DNA from: Abditibacteriaceae bacterium
Lineage (GTDB): Bacteria > Armatimonadota > Abditibacteriia > Abditibacteriales > Abditibacteriaceae
Direction of reading: 5' to 3'
DNA: 64,000 bases
NCBI GenBank assembly: GCA_965277285.1
Contig: OZ255721.1
Location: 3,713,651-3,777,650 of the forward strand
Program-made: the position numbers and the translations under genes
Part shown: positions 17,276-27,379 of the stretch, piece after piece
Layout of the letters: each line of letters opens with the position of its first letter
Position numbering within the stretch: the first letter of the stretch is position 1
Notes under the pieces: generated by a model
The model's input: the letters and a program-made list of their open reading frames with translations, nothing else
Databases searched by the model: none
Told to the model about the DNA's origin: nothing

Positions 17276-19948
17276 TCACTCGACCTGCAGCGCGTCCGCG
17301 ATAATTCTGCGGCTGGCGGCGAACGATGGCCAGATACCGGCGCCGACAGCGGCCGCAATCGACAAAACGAGCGCGACCAGCAGCGTTTGCGGCGAAGTTG
17401 TCCAGCCGATGCTCCAACCGAAAAACTGGCGATTGATGACGTGAATCAGTTGCCACGCGAGGCACAAACCTGCCGCGACGCCTAAAACCCAGGCGAAAAA
17501 CCCGATGAGAGCGAATTCGATAAAGGTCATTTTACGAATTTGCGCAGCGGAAGCGCCCAGCGCGCGCAACGTCGCCAGTTCGCGTCCGCGTTCCAAAAGC
17601 AGCGCAATCAACGTATCGAAAATGCCAATCGCCGCCACGATAATGGCGATGAGTTGCAAGGCGTAAGTGACGGCAAAAGTTTGGTCGAAGGTTGTGAACA
17701 CCGAATCGCGCAATTGCTGATTGGGAAAAATCATCAACTGATAGCGCGCCGAAAAACGCTTTTGCAAATCGTCCTGCACGATTCGAGTCCTCGATTTGTC
17801 CTTGAAATATAAAGCCACGCCGTCAATTTGATTGTCGTGCCAATACTTTCGATAAAGCGCGTTCGGCAGATAAACCACGCACGCTTCAGGATTGTAATCG
17901 CTGAAAACGCCCGCAATCGGCAAGCGCAATGTTCCGCTGGGAGACGGCAAAACCAATTGATCGCCAACGCCTGGCCCAACCAGATTCTTAAAACGTTCGG
18001 AAACTAAAACCGCGCGTCCATCCACAAAATCCTGGCGCGCCTGTGTTTCGCCGTTGCGTGTCTGCAAAAAGCGCAATGCGGGACGACCTTGCACCAGCGT
18101 CGGCAATTCGTTGGCATTGACCGAAACCGGCTGATTGTTGACCGTAATGTGGAAAATGCGCACCACATCGGAACTGGCGACTTGCGGCAAAGCGCGCGCA
18201 TAACGCACGACTTCGGGCGGCAAACCGGAACCCGAATCGCCGCTGAAACCATTGGCGGGCGCGATGTATAAATCGGCGCTAATGGTTGAATTGACCCAGC
18301 CTTCGACAGCGGCGCGAAAACTCCTGACCATCGTCGAAAGCCCGATAGACATCGCCAAACTCAACATCAAAGCGGCGATCACCAGACTGCTGCGATTGAT
18401 GGCGCGTTGCAAATAAGTTCCCGCCAGCGTGCCTTCGATGCCGAAGAAAGTTCCCGCGAAACGTTGCGCCATTTTGCCGCCGAAAAGTGTCCACAGCGGC
18501 GTCATCAAGGCGAAGCCGCCCAGCGTAAAAAACGACGAGGCGAAACCGGCGAACAAACTCCGTGTCGCAATGAAAGGCAAGCACAAAACGAACGCGACGC
18601 CCAAAAACCCAACGCCGACAAGCGCCAAAGGCAACGCCCAGCGCGTCGTCGCATGGTGCAACGTGACGCGTTGCAATGCTTGGCGCGGCGACGTTCCGGC
18701 GGCTTCGAGCGCGGCGGGCAACGAAGCGCCGATTGACAACAGCGTTCCGCCCAGCGGCGCGCTCCACCACAACCAGGTTGGAACCGTCAATTGCTGCGCG
18801 TGAACCGTGATGTAAAGCTGCGAAACCGTCGTGCTGACGGCCTTCAAGGTGTAATGCGCCAGGCCCAAACCCAGGGCGAAACCGGCGACCGAACCGACGA
18901 TACCAATCAAGGCGGCTTCGAGGAGAAAAGTACGCAAAATCTGCGAACGACTGGCGCCCAAAGCACGCAACGTTCCTATTTCGCTGCGTCTTCGCACAAC
19001 CGCTGTCGCAATCGCGTTGTAGATGAGAAAGGCGCCGACGAACAGCGAAATGCACGATAAAGCAGAAAGATTGAGTTGAAAAGCGCGCAACAAATCGGCG
19101 ACTTGGCTTGAACGTTGTGCGGGTCGCTGCACAATCGCGTCCGGCGGAACGAGTACTCGAATCGCGCGCGAAACCGCGTCAATTTTGTCTTCGTTGACAA
19201 TTAAATCGATCTGCGAAAGCCTGCCGATTTGACCGAAGTTTTCCTGCGCCGCGGCAATGTCCATCAAGGCGAAATCGCCGCCGAAGGCTTGTCCCGACGC
19301 GGCGGAATCGAGCAGACTGACGATGTGGAAGCGGGAGCGTTTAGCGCCGCTGTAAACTTCAATCGTGTCGCCAATTTTCAAGTTGTGACGCTTTGCCAAT
19401 GTCGAACTAATGGCAATCGCGTGCGGATCGAGCAGAAATTGAAACAATTGCTTCGCTTGATTTCCGCCCAAGGCTGAAGGCGGCGTTGCCAAATCGCGGA
19501 AACCGGCTTCGGAAAACAAATCGACGCCTAAAATCAAGAGCGAAGTTTGCAAAGTCGGCGAATAAAGCGTGCGTTGAACCAGCGGCGCCTGCGCCTTGAG
19601 ATTGTCGCGGATAATGGGATTGCGCGTCGTCGCTAATTGCGCGAAAACACTTTCCGGCAAACCGTTCTGGCTGCCGCGAATTTGCAAATTGCTTTTGCCC
19701 GTTACGGCATCGAGCGAAGCCGAAAAGCTGGCCAAAACCGAATTGTTGGCGACCGCAATCGAGACGAAAACCGCCAAACCCAAAGCGACGCCGAGACAGG
19801 ACAGGAAAAACGCGCCGCGATGTCGCAGCCAATAGCGCGCGGACAGAAAACGAAAAAGAAGAAGCACGCCAGTACAAGGTTTGAAAACCGGCAACGTTCC
19901 GTTCGAGTAGTGAAATCGAGTACTCGACGAATTTATGTTAAACATCAC
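17276..19948 (-). CDS. FtsX/MacB-like ABC transporter permease, duplicated (two FtsX modules)
   Basis: About 890 aa with two repeats of TM helix, large extracytoplasmic domain and three TM helices, plus conserved LRALGAS motifs (twice). No adjacent ATPase gene. Confidence 0.85.
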   Translation of the reverse strand: MMFNINSSSTRFHYSNGTLPVFKPCTGVLLLFRFLSARYWLRHRGAFFLSCLGVALGLAVFVSIAVANNSVLASFSASLDAVTGKSNLQIRGSQNGLPESVFAQLATTRNPIIRDNLKAQAPLVQRTLYSPTLQTSLLILGVDLFSEAGFRDLATPPSALGGNQAKQLFQFLLDPHAIAISSTLAKRHNLKIGDTIEVYSGAKRSRFHIVSLLDSAASGQAFGGDFALMDIAAAQENFGQIGRLSQIDLIVNEDKIDAVSRAIRVLVPPDAIVQRPAQRSSQVADLLRAFQLNLSALSCISLFVGAFLIYNAIATAVVRRRSEIGTLRALGASRSQILRTFLLEAALIGIVGSVAGFALGLGLAHYTLKAVSTTVSQLYITVHAQQLTVPTWLWWSAPLGGTLLSIGASLPAALEAAGTSPRQALQRVTLHHATTRWALPLALVGVGFLGVAFVLCLPFIATRSLFAGFASSFFTLGGFALMTPLWTLFGGKMAQRFAGTFFGIEGTLAGTYLQRAINRSSLVIAALMLSLAMSIGLSTMVRSFRAAVEGWVNSTISADLYIAPANGFSGDSGSGLPPEVVRYARALPQVASSDVVRIFHITVNNQPVSVNANELPTLVQGRPALRFLQTRNGETQARQDFVDGRAVLVSERFKNLVGPGVGDQLVLPSPSGTLRLPIAGVFSDYNPEACVVYLPNALYRKYWHDNQIDGVALYFKDKSRTRIVQDDLQKRFSARYQLMIFPNQQLRDSVFTTFDQTFAVTYALQLIAIIVAAIGIFDTLIALLLERGRELATLRALGASAAQIRKMTFIEFALIGFFAWVLGVAAGLCLAWQLIHVINRQFFGWSIGWTTSPQTLLVALVLSIAAAVGAGIWPSFAASRRIIADALQVE

Positions 19949-20001
19949 AAACTATGAAAATTGAAAATCAAAAGATTGTGTATCAGGAAAAAGGTCGCTA
20001 A

Positions 20002-20421
20002 GTGTGCTTGCCTTGCCGCAAGGTTTGGAGCAAGAGTACTTTTTACAGGCGCAAACCTCTTTCAGACCAAGAATCGCTGGTTATCGTAGAAGCGACTTGC
20101 GGACTGCCAAGCCGTTTTCTGGCGGCGCGTTGGAAGCGTGAAAATAAAAAGATGAAAGTTGTGCGAGACTTCGTTTGTCCGCAGTGCCGAAGCGCATTGA
20201 GACAAGTCAGTTCCAAATTCAAAGCGCCGCGCCGCAACGATCATCGTTCATGGAAGAAAGTTCATGCCTGGTTTTTGAAACAACGTCCGCAAATTGCAAC
20301 AATGACGTGGGATGATGAACTCAAAAGCCAACACTCAAACGCAAAACGAAAGAACTTAAATCAGCCGAATTGGAACATATTATCTCGGGAAAGCGATGGA
20401 ACGATACGTCCCGATTATTAG
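20002..20421 (+). CDS. Hypothetical small basic protein with a CxxC pair
   Basis: ORF only. VCPQCRSAL motif. AT-richer than the surroundings. The true start may be the ATG at 20152. Confidence 0.25.
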   Translation: MCLPCRKVWSKSTFYRRKPLSDQESLVIVEATCGLPSRFLAARWKRENKKMKVVRDFVCPQCRSALRQVSSKFKAPRRNDHRSWKKVHAWFLKQRPQIATMTWDDELKSQHSNAKRKNLNQPNWNILSRESDGTIRPDY

Positions 20422-20484
20422 TAGTTTTTATTCAAATCGAGTACTCGAATGCGCGCAGGCGAAAGTTGCAGTAAAATCGCGGCA

Positions 20485-21297
20485 ATGTCTAATACTTCAA
20501 CCTTCGTTCTTCCTTTTGATCCTGCGCACGCCGTCGCCATTGTGCAGGAAGCGGCGCTTTTGTCCTTGACATTGCGCGGCAAATACACGCCTGACGTGAA
20601 AGCCGACAACACTTTGGTGACTGAAGCCGACCGCCAACTCGAACAATTTTTGCGCGAAGGTTTGGGTCAACTCGCGCCCAGTTTTTCGTTTTTAGGCGAA
20701 GAAGGCGGGCTTGATGGCGACCCGAACGCGCCCTGCTGGGTGATCGATCCGATTGATGGCACAACGAACTTTGTGCGCGGCCTTCCTTTGTGGTGCATTT
20801 CGGTCGGCGCGGTTTATCAGGGCGAGGCGATTTTCGGTTGCATCGCCGTCCCGCCGCAAAACGAAATGTTGTGGGCGGCAACCGGTCATGGCGCGTGGCT
20901 GCAATTGGAATCGAGTACTCAATCGCCGCCGCCCGCGATTCAATTGCGCGTTTTCGACAGCGAAACGTTGATGCAGGAGGACCTCATCGCGTGCAACACG
21001 ACGGTGGAAAGCGCGGTCAATTTCGCGGGCGTGCCGTGCAGATTGCGCAATCTGGGAACGCTGGCCTATCATTTGGTCGCTTTAGCGCGCGGCAGCCTGG
21101 TCGCTTCAATTGCGCGCCAGCATCAACTTTATGACATTGCGGGTGGCGTTTGCATTTGCGAAGAAGCGGGCTGCATCGCGCGCTATTTAGACGGAACCGC
21201 GTGGCAAGCCGAAGTCGTATCGAAGCGCGAAATGCGGCCTCTGATCGTGGCGCCGCCGCAAATCATGGCGCAATTGTTGACGGGTTTACAAAAATAA
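20485..21297 (+). CDS. Inositol monophosphatase family protein
   Basis: FLGEEGG and WVIDPIDGTTNF motifs. Confidence 0.85.
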   Translation: MSNTSTFVLPFDPAHAVAIVQEAALLSLTLRGKYTPDVKADNTLVTEADRQLEQFLREGLGQLAPSFSFLGEEGGLDGDPNAPCWVIDPIDGTTNFVRGLPLWCISVGAVYQGEAIFGCIAVPPQNEMLWAATGHGAWLQLESSTQSPPPAIQLRVFDSETLMQEDLIACNTTVESAVNFAGVPCRLRNLGTLAYHLVALARGSLVASIARQHQLYDIAGGVCICEEAGCIARYLDGTAWQAEVVSKREMRPLIVAPPQIMAQLLTGLQK

Positions 21298-21337
21298 TTC
21301 ACCGCGAAGAGCGCGAAAAAAAGAAAAGGAATCGTCA

Positions 21338-21417
21338 TAATCCTTTGTCATTCTGAGCGGAGCGAAGAATCTAACTCCAGCCAGATTCTTCGCTCCACTC
21401 AGAATGACAAAGGATTA
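21338..21417. repeat. Hairpin repeat family R2 (second copy, 35-bp stems, 1 mismatch)
   Basis: TAATCCTTTGTCATTCTGAGCGGAGCGAAGAATCT / AGATTCTTCGCTCCACTCAGAATGACAAAGGATTA. It shares TTGTCATTCTGA...GCGAAGAATCT with 7152-7253. Confidence 0.85.
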
Positions 21418-21481
21418 CTTTCGAGTACTCGATTCTTCTATTTCTTCGCGTCCTTCGCGGTGAATCCAAAAGGAAACGAAA

Positions 21482-21775
21482 ATGGTTGAACATTTGGTAT
21501 GGTTCAAGCTGAAAGAAGGCATTACGCAGGACGAAAAAGCGACTTTGATGCAATCGTTGCGCGACTTGAAAGATCAAGTCCCCGACATTTTGCATTTGGC
21601 GGTCGGCGAAGATTTTAGTGGACGCTCGCGCGGCTTTGGAATCGGCTTGGTCGTGCGTTTTCCCAATCGTCAGGCGTTGGAAATCTACGGGCCGCATCCC
21701 AGTCATCAAGCGTTTATTGAAAAATGCCGTCATTTGTGGGTGGACGTGCAAGCCCTCGATTTTGAAAGCGATTGA
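21482..21775 (+). CDS. Dabb (stress-responsive alpha/beta barrel) domain protein
   Basis: MVEHLVWFKLKEG...GLVVRFPNRQALEIYGPHPSHQAF, about 97 aa. Confidence 0.85.
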   Translation: MVEHLVWFKLKEGITQDEKATLMQSLRDLKDQVPDILHLAVGEDFSGRSRGFGIGLVVRFPNRQALEIYGPHPSHQAFIEKCRHLWVDVQALDFESD

Positions 21776-21889
21776 AGAAGTAGCCGCAAAGAGCACAGAG
21801 GACACAAAGAAGAGAGAATCGAGTACTCGAAACCTTCGAGGTTCCAGCACTTTTTCTCAGACTCTTTGTGTCCTTTGTGCTCTCTGTGG

Positions 21890-22273
21890 CTATTTCCCTT
21901 CGATCAGGTTTTCAGTGGCGCGTTCGCGGGCTTTGGCCTGGCGTGCCAATCCGCCCATGGTGGCGATCTCCCGGCGTTTTTCAGGCGAAAGATTTTGGGC
22001 GCGATTGAGACCGCCTTTGCGCGAACCAAGCGTACTCATCACGCTGGCGGCTTTGCGGCGCTCGCGCTTTTTGCTGCCGCCGCTTTTCAAAATACGCGCC
22101 GCTTCCCGAATTTCAGCTTTAACTTCGTCCTGAGCCTCGTTCTGAACCGCATCGTGGCTGGAGCGCGAACTTTGTGCGATTGTAGCAGACGCTTTTGGCT
22201 CAACGACTTTGGCCGATTGCGCCGCCTTTTTTGACGTTTTCTTCTTGGTCGTTTTTTCGTTTTTCGCTTTCAT
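21890..22273 (-). CDS. Small basic protein with KGG-like repeats
   Basis: RKGGLNRAQNLSPEKRREIATMGGLARQA resembles the KGG stress-protein repeat. Lys-rich N-terminus. Confidence 0.5.
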   Translation of the reverse strand: MKAKNEKTTKKKTSKKAAQSAKVVEPKASATIAQSSRSSHDAVQNEAQDEVKAEIREAARILKSGGSKKRERRKAASVMSTLGSRKGGLNRAQNLSPEKRREIATMGGLARQAKARERATENLIEGK

Positions 22274-22472
22274 GGGCGCAAGTATGACAAGCGTCTTAAA
22301 AAGGGACAACTTCGGGAAAGAAAGACACTTGTAAGAGTTCGACCATTGTCACGAAATTAGAATTACGCGCCATCCTCGTGCGAGGGAACAGCAGCCAATG
22401 TGGAATATGACATTCATCGCGCGCAGTCAGTTAAAATCTGTGCAGCAATTTTCGATGGACTTCAATTATCCC

Positions 22473-23840
22473 ATGAACCGCTTTCGAGTACTCATTTCCC
22501 TCTTCGCCGCTTCCGCTGTAGCACTTTCTCCGTTGCAAGCGCGCGTACCTCGTTGGAAATCATCTGCGTGGAAACCGCCGGTCGCCGCCGTCGCGCCAAT
22601 TCCGACAATTCCCATTTTGACGATTTTGCCGCCTGCCGCGCCGCGCTTCAAACCCTTGGCAGTTCCAGCGATTGTGCGTGCTCCGGCGTGGATTGTGGTC
22701 GATGTCGATTCGGGGCGCGTGCTCGAAAGTTTCAATCCGCACAAAAGGATGTTTCCCGCTTCGACCACCAAAACCATGATGGCGTTGACGGCGCTGACTT
22801 ACGGTCATTTGGACGATCTGGTGACAATCGGCCCCAATCCGCCCAAAACTGGCGAACAAAGCGCCAACTTGATGCAAGGCGAACATTTCATTTTGCGCGA
22901 TTTGTTGCGCGCTGCCTTGATTAAATCGGCCAACGATGCGTGCGTCGCAGTCGCGGAAGGCGTGGCGGGAACGGTTCCCAATTTCGTCCGCCTGATGAAC
23001 GCCAAGTCCAAGGAAATCGGCGCGCGCGATTCGCATTGGATGAATCCGCACGGCTTGCACGATCCACAGCATTACACGACGCCGTATGACCTGGCGCAAA
23101 TCGCGCGCGCCGATATGCGTTATGCTTTCTTCAACGACACCATCAAAACGCGCGTGACGAGCATTCACGGAAATTGGAAAATCGGGACCTATCGAGTACT
23201 CGAAAACAAGAATCGCCTGTTGTGGGAATGGCAGCAATGCGACGGCGTGAAAACCGGCTACACTCGACAGGCTGGGCGCTGCCTGGTCGCGTCCGCCACG
23301 CAAAACGTGCGCGATGCCGATGGCGCAGTTCGTCCCTGGCGCTTGATCGCGGTCGTGATGCACTCGCCCGACAGTTGGGGCGAAAGCGCCAATTTGCTGA
23401 TCAATGCGTTCAAGAACTTCCGCCCGACATCGGTTGTAAAAGAAGATCAAACCTTCGCGCCGATCGATGTGCAAAATGGCGCGGGACAAGTGCAGCCGAT
23501 TGCGACGCGCGCCGTGGAAGTGCCTTTGAAGGCGGGCGAAAGCGTCTCGAACAAGCTGCGTTTTTTGAAATTGCAGGCGCCGGTTCATCGCGGTCAGCGC
23601 GTCGGCGAACTCGAAGTGTGGAGCGGCTTGCACCCAATTGCGCGCGTGCCGCTGATGGCGCAAAGCGACGTTCCCGTTTCGGTTATCGCCAGCATCGTGC
23701 CCAATACGCCGCTGGCGCCATCCAACAAAACTTTATTGATCGGCGTGGCCGGAGTCGGCGCGCTCGGTCTGGCGCTGCTTCTGATGCGTCGAACCCGCGA
23801 ATCCGCGAGGCCCAATCATGTCCAAAAAAGAACCCATTGA
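22473..23840 (+). CDS. D-alanyl-D-alanine carboxypeptidase (peptidase S11, PBP5/6-like)
   Basis: SxxK (ASTTK), SxN (SAND) and KTG (KTGYT) motifs, a signal peptide and a C-terminal TM anchor. Confidence 0.9.
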   Translation: MNRFRVLISLFAASAVALSPLQARVPRWKSSAWKPPVAAVAPIPTIPILTILPPAAPRFKPLAVPAIVRAPAWIVVDVDSGRVLESFNPHKRMFPASTTKTMMALTALTYGHLDDLVTIGPNPPKTGEQSANLMQGEHFILRDLLRAALIKSANDACVAVAEGVAGTVPNFVRLMNAKSKEIGARDSHWMNPHGLHDPQHYTTPYDLAQIARADMRYAFFNDTIKTRVTSIHGNWKIGTYRVLENKNRLLWEWQQCDGVKTGYTRQAGRCLVASATQNVRDADGAVRPWRLIAVVMHSPDSWGESANLLINAFKNFRPTSVVKEDQTFAPIDVQNGAGQVQPIATRAVEVPLKAGESVSNKLRFLKLQAPVHRGQRVGELEVWSGLHPIARVPLMAQSDVPVSVIASIVPNTPLAPSNKTLLIGVAGVGALGLALLLMRRTRESARPNHVQKRTH

Positions 23841-25500
23841 AAACTCCGTTGAACCTTCCCTTGAACCGCAAACGACCGTTGAAAAAACGCGCCTTTCGCT
23901 CGCCGAAGCGCAAAAATTTCTGCATGAAGACGTTGAAATTGAACCTATCACGGAAGCGGAACTTGATGAACCCGAAGACAGTTTCGAGTACTCGAATGAC
24001 GATGCGGCTGACGAAACTTCAACGCCGGAACCTTCGCCAAACGCCGAACGCTTGCATAAATTGATCGCGCGCGCGGGAATTGCCAGCCGTCGCGGAGCCG
24101 AAGAAATCGTGGCGCAGGGTCGCGTCATGGTAAACGGAAAAGTCGTGACGGAGACCGGCAGCAAAGCCGATCCGTCGCGCGACCGCATCGTGGTCGATGG
24201 CCAGCCGTTGCACGTTCCAACCACGACAACTGTGGTCTTGATGAACAAACCTTTGGGCGTCGTTTCGACCAAGAAAGACCCGGAAGGTCGCACCACCGTA
24301 ACACATCTTTTGCCCGACAAGTACAAGACTTTGCACCCAATTGGACGGCTCGATTACGATACGTCAGGCGTTCTTTTCCTGACCGATGACGGCTCATTGA
24401 CGCAACTTTTGACGCATCCTTCGCACGGCGTCGAGAAAGTTTATTGGGCGCGCGTTCGCGGAACCGTTTCGGTGCAAACCTTGAAGACTTTGGAAGCGGG
24501 TATTTATCTGCAAGACGGCAAAACGGCGCCGTGCAAAGCGCGCGTGCGGGCGCAAACCGAAAACAACGCGCTGGTGCAAATCACTTTACGCGAAGGCCGC
24601 AATCGTCAGGTGCGCAGAATGTTAGACGCCGTTGGTCATCAGGTGCGCGCGTTGCGTCGCGTTCGTGTGGCCAGTTTTGCGCTCGATGGTTTGCTGCCCG
24701 GCGAGTTTCGCGTACTGCTTCCTGGCGAAGTTCATGCTTTGCGCAAAGCTGCGGAAACCAAAGCGAAGTCGAAACCGGCGACCAAGCCTGTTCGTACAAC
24801 CGCACGTCCTGAGAGCCGAAGCGACAGCAGAACCGAACCTACGACATCAAAACCGCTCGCCTCCTCGCGCGTTGCGCCAAAACGTGATGCGCCGAACGGT
24901 TTCAAAACTTCATCGCGCGAAATGGAACGTTCCACCGAACGTTTTGCCGAACGTGCTGCAACCTCAAATCGTTCGGCTGCGCCCAATCGTTCAGTTGCGC
25001 CTCGCGCTTCGATGAACGAACGCGCGGCTTCGGGCGAGCGGTTTTCTTCGAGTGCGCTGACGCAGCGTTTGGCGCGACAAGAACGTTCTGAACAACGTTC
25101 CGAACGCGGACAACGCACTGAGCAAGCGCATCCTTTGGCGCGACGCGTGGCGCAAAGTTTTGATCAGGCGCCGCAACGTTCTGCGGAAAACTTCGCGTCT
25201 TCAGCCAAGGCGGGAAAACAGGCCAAGCCAACGCGCCCGCCCAAAGCTGCACGCGTTTTCGCTGCAACGACGGCTCAGGCTGCAAAAGCCTCACGCATCG
25301 CGGCTGAAAAGCCAAGAACGTCGGCAAGATCTGCTGCGACTTCTAAATCGCCTGCGGCCAAACCATTTACGTCAAGCGCGAACGGAGCCAGGCCGAACAC
25401 GTCTGCGCGCGCCAAACCTGCGCCTCAAGCCTCTCAATCGAAACCTGTGGCGCGTCGTGGCGACCGTCCATGGGGACAGAAAACGCGCAAGCGAGCTTAA
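23818..25500 (+). CDS. rluB: RluB-family 23S rRNA pseudouridine synthase with long disordered N- and C-terminal extensions
   Basis: S4 domain (ERLHKLIARAGIASRRGAEEIVAQGRVMVNG) and catalytic GRLDYDTSGVLFLTDDG. A basic low-complexity tail of about 260 aa. Confidence 0.85.
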   Translation: MSKKEPIENSVEPSLEPQTTVEKTRLSLAEAQKFLHEDVEIEPITEAELDEPEDSFEYSNDDAADETSTPEPSPNAERLHKLIARAGIASRRGAEEIVAQGRVMVNGKVVTETGSKADPSRDRIVVDGQPLHVPTTTTVVLMNKPLGVVSTKKDPEGRTTVTHLLPDKYKTLHPIGRLDYDTSGVLFLTDDGSLTQLLTHPSHGVEKVYWARVRGTVSVQTLKTLEAGIYLQDGKTAPCKARVRAQTENNALVQITLREGRNRQVRRMLDAVGHQVRALRRVRVASFALDGLLPGEFRVLLPGEVHALRKAAETKAKSKPATKPVRTTARPESRSDSRTEPTTSKPLASSRVAPKRDAPNGFKTSSREMERSTERFAERAATSNRSAAPNRSVAPRASMNERAASGERFSSSALTQRLARQERSEQRSERGQRTEQAHPLARRVAQSFDQAPQRSAENFASSAKAGKQAKPTRPPKAARVFAATTAQAAKASRIAAEKPRTSARSAATSKSPAAKPFTSSANGARPNTSARAKPAPQASQSKPVARRGDRPWGQKTRKRA

Positions 25501-25511
25501 CATTCGGGTTC

Positions 25512-25605
25512 GTAGGGGCGACCCTTGTGGTCGCCCTTGTCCTTTGCTGTGCCCAGAGTGCGGCGGTCATACGTGCCTTCGGGCGACCACAAGGGTCGCC
25601 CCTAC
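25512..25605. repeat. Hairpin with perfect 25-bp stems and a 44-nt loop
   Basis: GTAGGGGCGACCCTTGTGGTCGCCC (25512-25536) / GGGCGACCACAAGGGTCGCCCCTAC (25581-25605), just after the rluB stop. Confidence 0.9.
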
Positions 25606-25646
25606 CTGCAAATAAACGGTTTCGAGTACTCGATGTTATTTGAACT

Positions 25647-27377
25647 ATGAAAGTTTTCGCGTCCGCTCAACGTCGCCTGGCGCTTGGCGCTTTCCTGCTT
25701 GTGTTGCTGACCGGCGTGTGGCTTTTCTTGTGGAGAAAACCGCTGGGGCGCGACAATTGGTTCGTCACGCCGAGCGCGCATTTGTGGCCGCTCGATACGT
25801 GGTTGTTGCCCCTGGGAACGTTGCTGTTGTGCGGCGGTTTCGCGGCGATGTCAGCCTATGATCGCTTTCGTCGCGCCAAATCTCGACGCGAAGAAAAAAC
25901 CTCGTTGCGCATGAGTTTGAGCGGCTTAGTTTTGCTCGCCGTCGTTTTACCGTGGACACTATTGGGGCCGCGCAAGATTTCTGGTGTTTATCTGGTTTCC
26001 GCGACGTGGAGCGACATTTCCAATCAGTATTTTTCGACTGCGTATCGCATCGAAAATGCGCGCGATTTTACGAAAAATTACGCATTGCAGCAGCAAGATT
26101 ATGACATCGTAAAATCGCACGTTGCGACGCATCCGCCGGGCGCGGTTTTGTTTTATTACGGCGCGCTCAAGATTTACCAGAATATTCCTTTTGTTCATGC
26201 GGCGTTTTCAACGATTGCGCCCGGCATCACCGCTGCCAGCACACCAAGCGTAACGCAGACCATTCGCGGCCAGTTGGCGCGTTCTCACGCCAGCGATGCG
26301 AATGCGCGCCCGTTCCAAGATGACGCCGTAGGAAGTGCGATTTGGTGCGCCTTTTTGCTGTCGCTCAGCGTTGGCCTGACGGTTCCCGCCGTTTACAAAC
26401 TCGCGGCAGGCGAATCGAGTACTCGAGATGGCGCTTCAACTAACGATGCAGTAGAGATTTCAGGAAACGAGGCGTTGTCTAAAGATGCGCTGGCAAAAGA
26501 CGAAGAAAGAGCGCGCGAAAGTCGCGGTTTGCTGGGCGCCGCGTTGTTCGCTCTCGCGCCGACCACAATTTTGTTCACCTTCACATTAGATGCGCTGATG
26601 GCGTGCTTATTAGCTTGGTCGTTGGTCTTAATCGCGCGGCGCGTGACAAGTGGAACAAACGCTGGAATCGGTTCGGCGACTGCGAGCGGCGTTCTCATCG
26701 GCTTGGCGAGTTTTCTGTCGTTTGGCGCGCTGGCGATTTGGGGATTGTTGGTTTTCGCGCTGGCGATTGGTTTCGGGTGGCGCTCGTTTTTGACGACGCC
26801 GCAATTGGTTTTGACCGATTTGTTGAGCCGTCGCAAACCCGCTGTGCATCACCCAATTTCCGATTTGTTCTGGATTGCCTTGGGATTCGTCGGAATATGG
26901 TTTGTCTTGTGCTTGATTTTTCCGATGCAGCCGCAGGCGATTTACAATCGAGCGATGCAAGCACATCACGCTGCAACGTTGACTTCGCGCAGTCACGCGG
27001 GTTGGGCGGTTTTGAACCTCGTTTTCTTTGCCTTATTTTGTGGCTGGGCGCTCACAATAACGGTATGGTGCGGCGCATGGATGCAACTTCGCAACTGGCG
27101 CGCGCATCAAATCCTCAACTGGAACGCAGCGCGCGTCTTGGGCGTTGCAACTTTGCTGTTGTGCGTGGCGCTGTCGCTGTCGGGCAGCGTGCGCGGCGAA
27201 ACCGAACGCTTGTGGTTTTTCCTGGTGCCGCCACTTTGTGCGTTCGCCGCGAACTCACCGGAAATCGAGTACTCGAATGCGGGAAAAGGCCGCTTCTTTC
27301 TGTTTTTAATCGGCCTGCAAACGTTGCAAACCTTGATGATGGCGGCAACTCTGGCGCCTTTAATTCGCGCTTATTAG
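25647..27377 (+). CDS. Polytopic integral membrane protein, function unknown
   Basis: At least 10 hydrophobic segments across 576 aa. No diagnostic motif recognised. Confidence 0.7.
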   Translation: MKVFASAQRRLALGAFLLVLLTGVWLFLWRKPLGRDNWFVTPSAHLWPLDTWLLPLGTLLLCGGFAAMSAYDRFRRAKSRREEKTSLRMSLSGLVLLAVVLPWTLLGPRKISGVYLVSATWSDISNQYFSTAYRIENARDFTKNYALQQQDYDIVKSHVATHPPGAVLFYYGALKIYQNIPFVHAAFSTIAPGITAASTPSVTQTIRGQLARSHASDANARPFQDDAVGSAIWCAFLLSLSVGLTVPAVYKLAAGESSTRDGASTNDAVEISGNEALSKDALAKDEERARESRGLLGAALFALAPTTILFTFTLDALMACLLAWSLVLIARRVTSGTNAGIGSATASGVLIGLASFLSFGALAIWGLLVFALAIGFGWRSFLTTPQLVLTDLLSRRKPAVHHPISDLFWIALGFVGIWFVLCLIFPMQPQAIYNRAMQAHHAATLTSRSHAGWAVLNLVFFALFCGWALTITVWCGAWMQLRNWRAHQILNWNAARVLGVATLLLCVALSLSGSVRGETERLWFFLVPPLCAFAANSPEIEYSNAGKGRFFLFLIGLQTLQTLMMAATLAPLIRAY

Positions 27378-27379
27378 AC

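Noticed and set aside
17276-19948. The FtsX/MacB-type permease lacking an adjacent ABC ATPase, considered as an unusual orphan.
   Set aside because: Permease and ATPase genes of this family are often encoded separately. Without the rest of the genome this is not informative.
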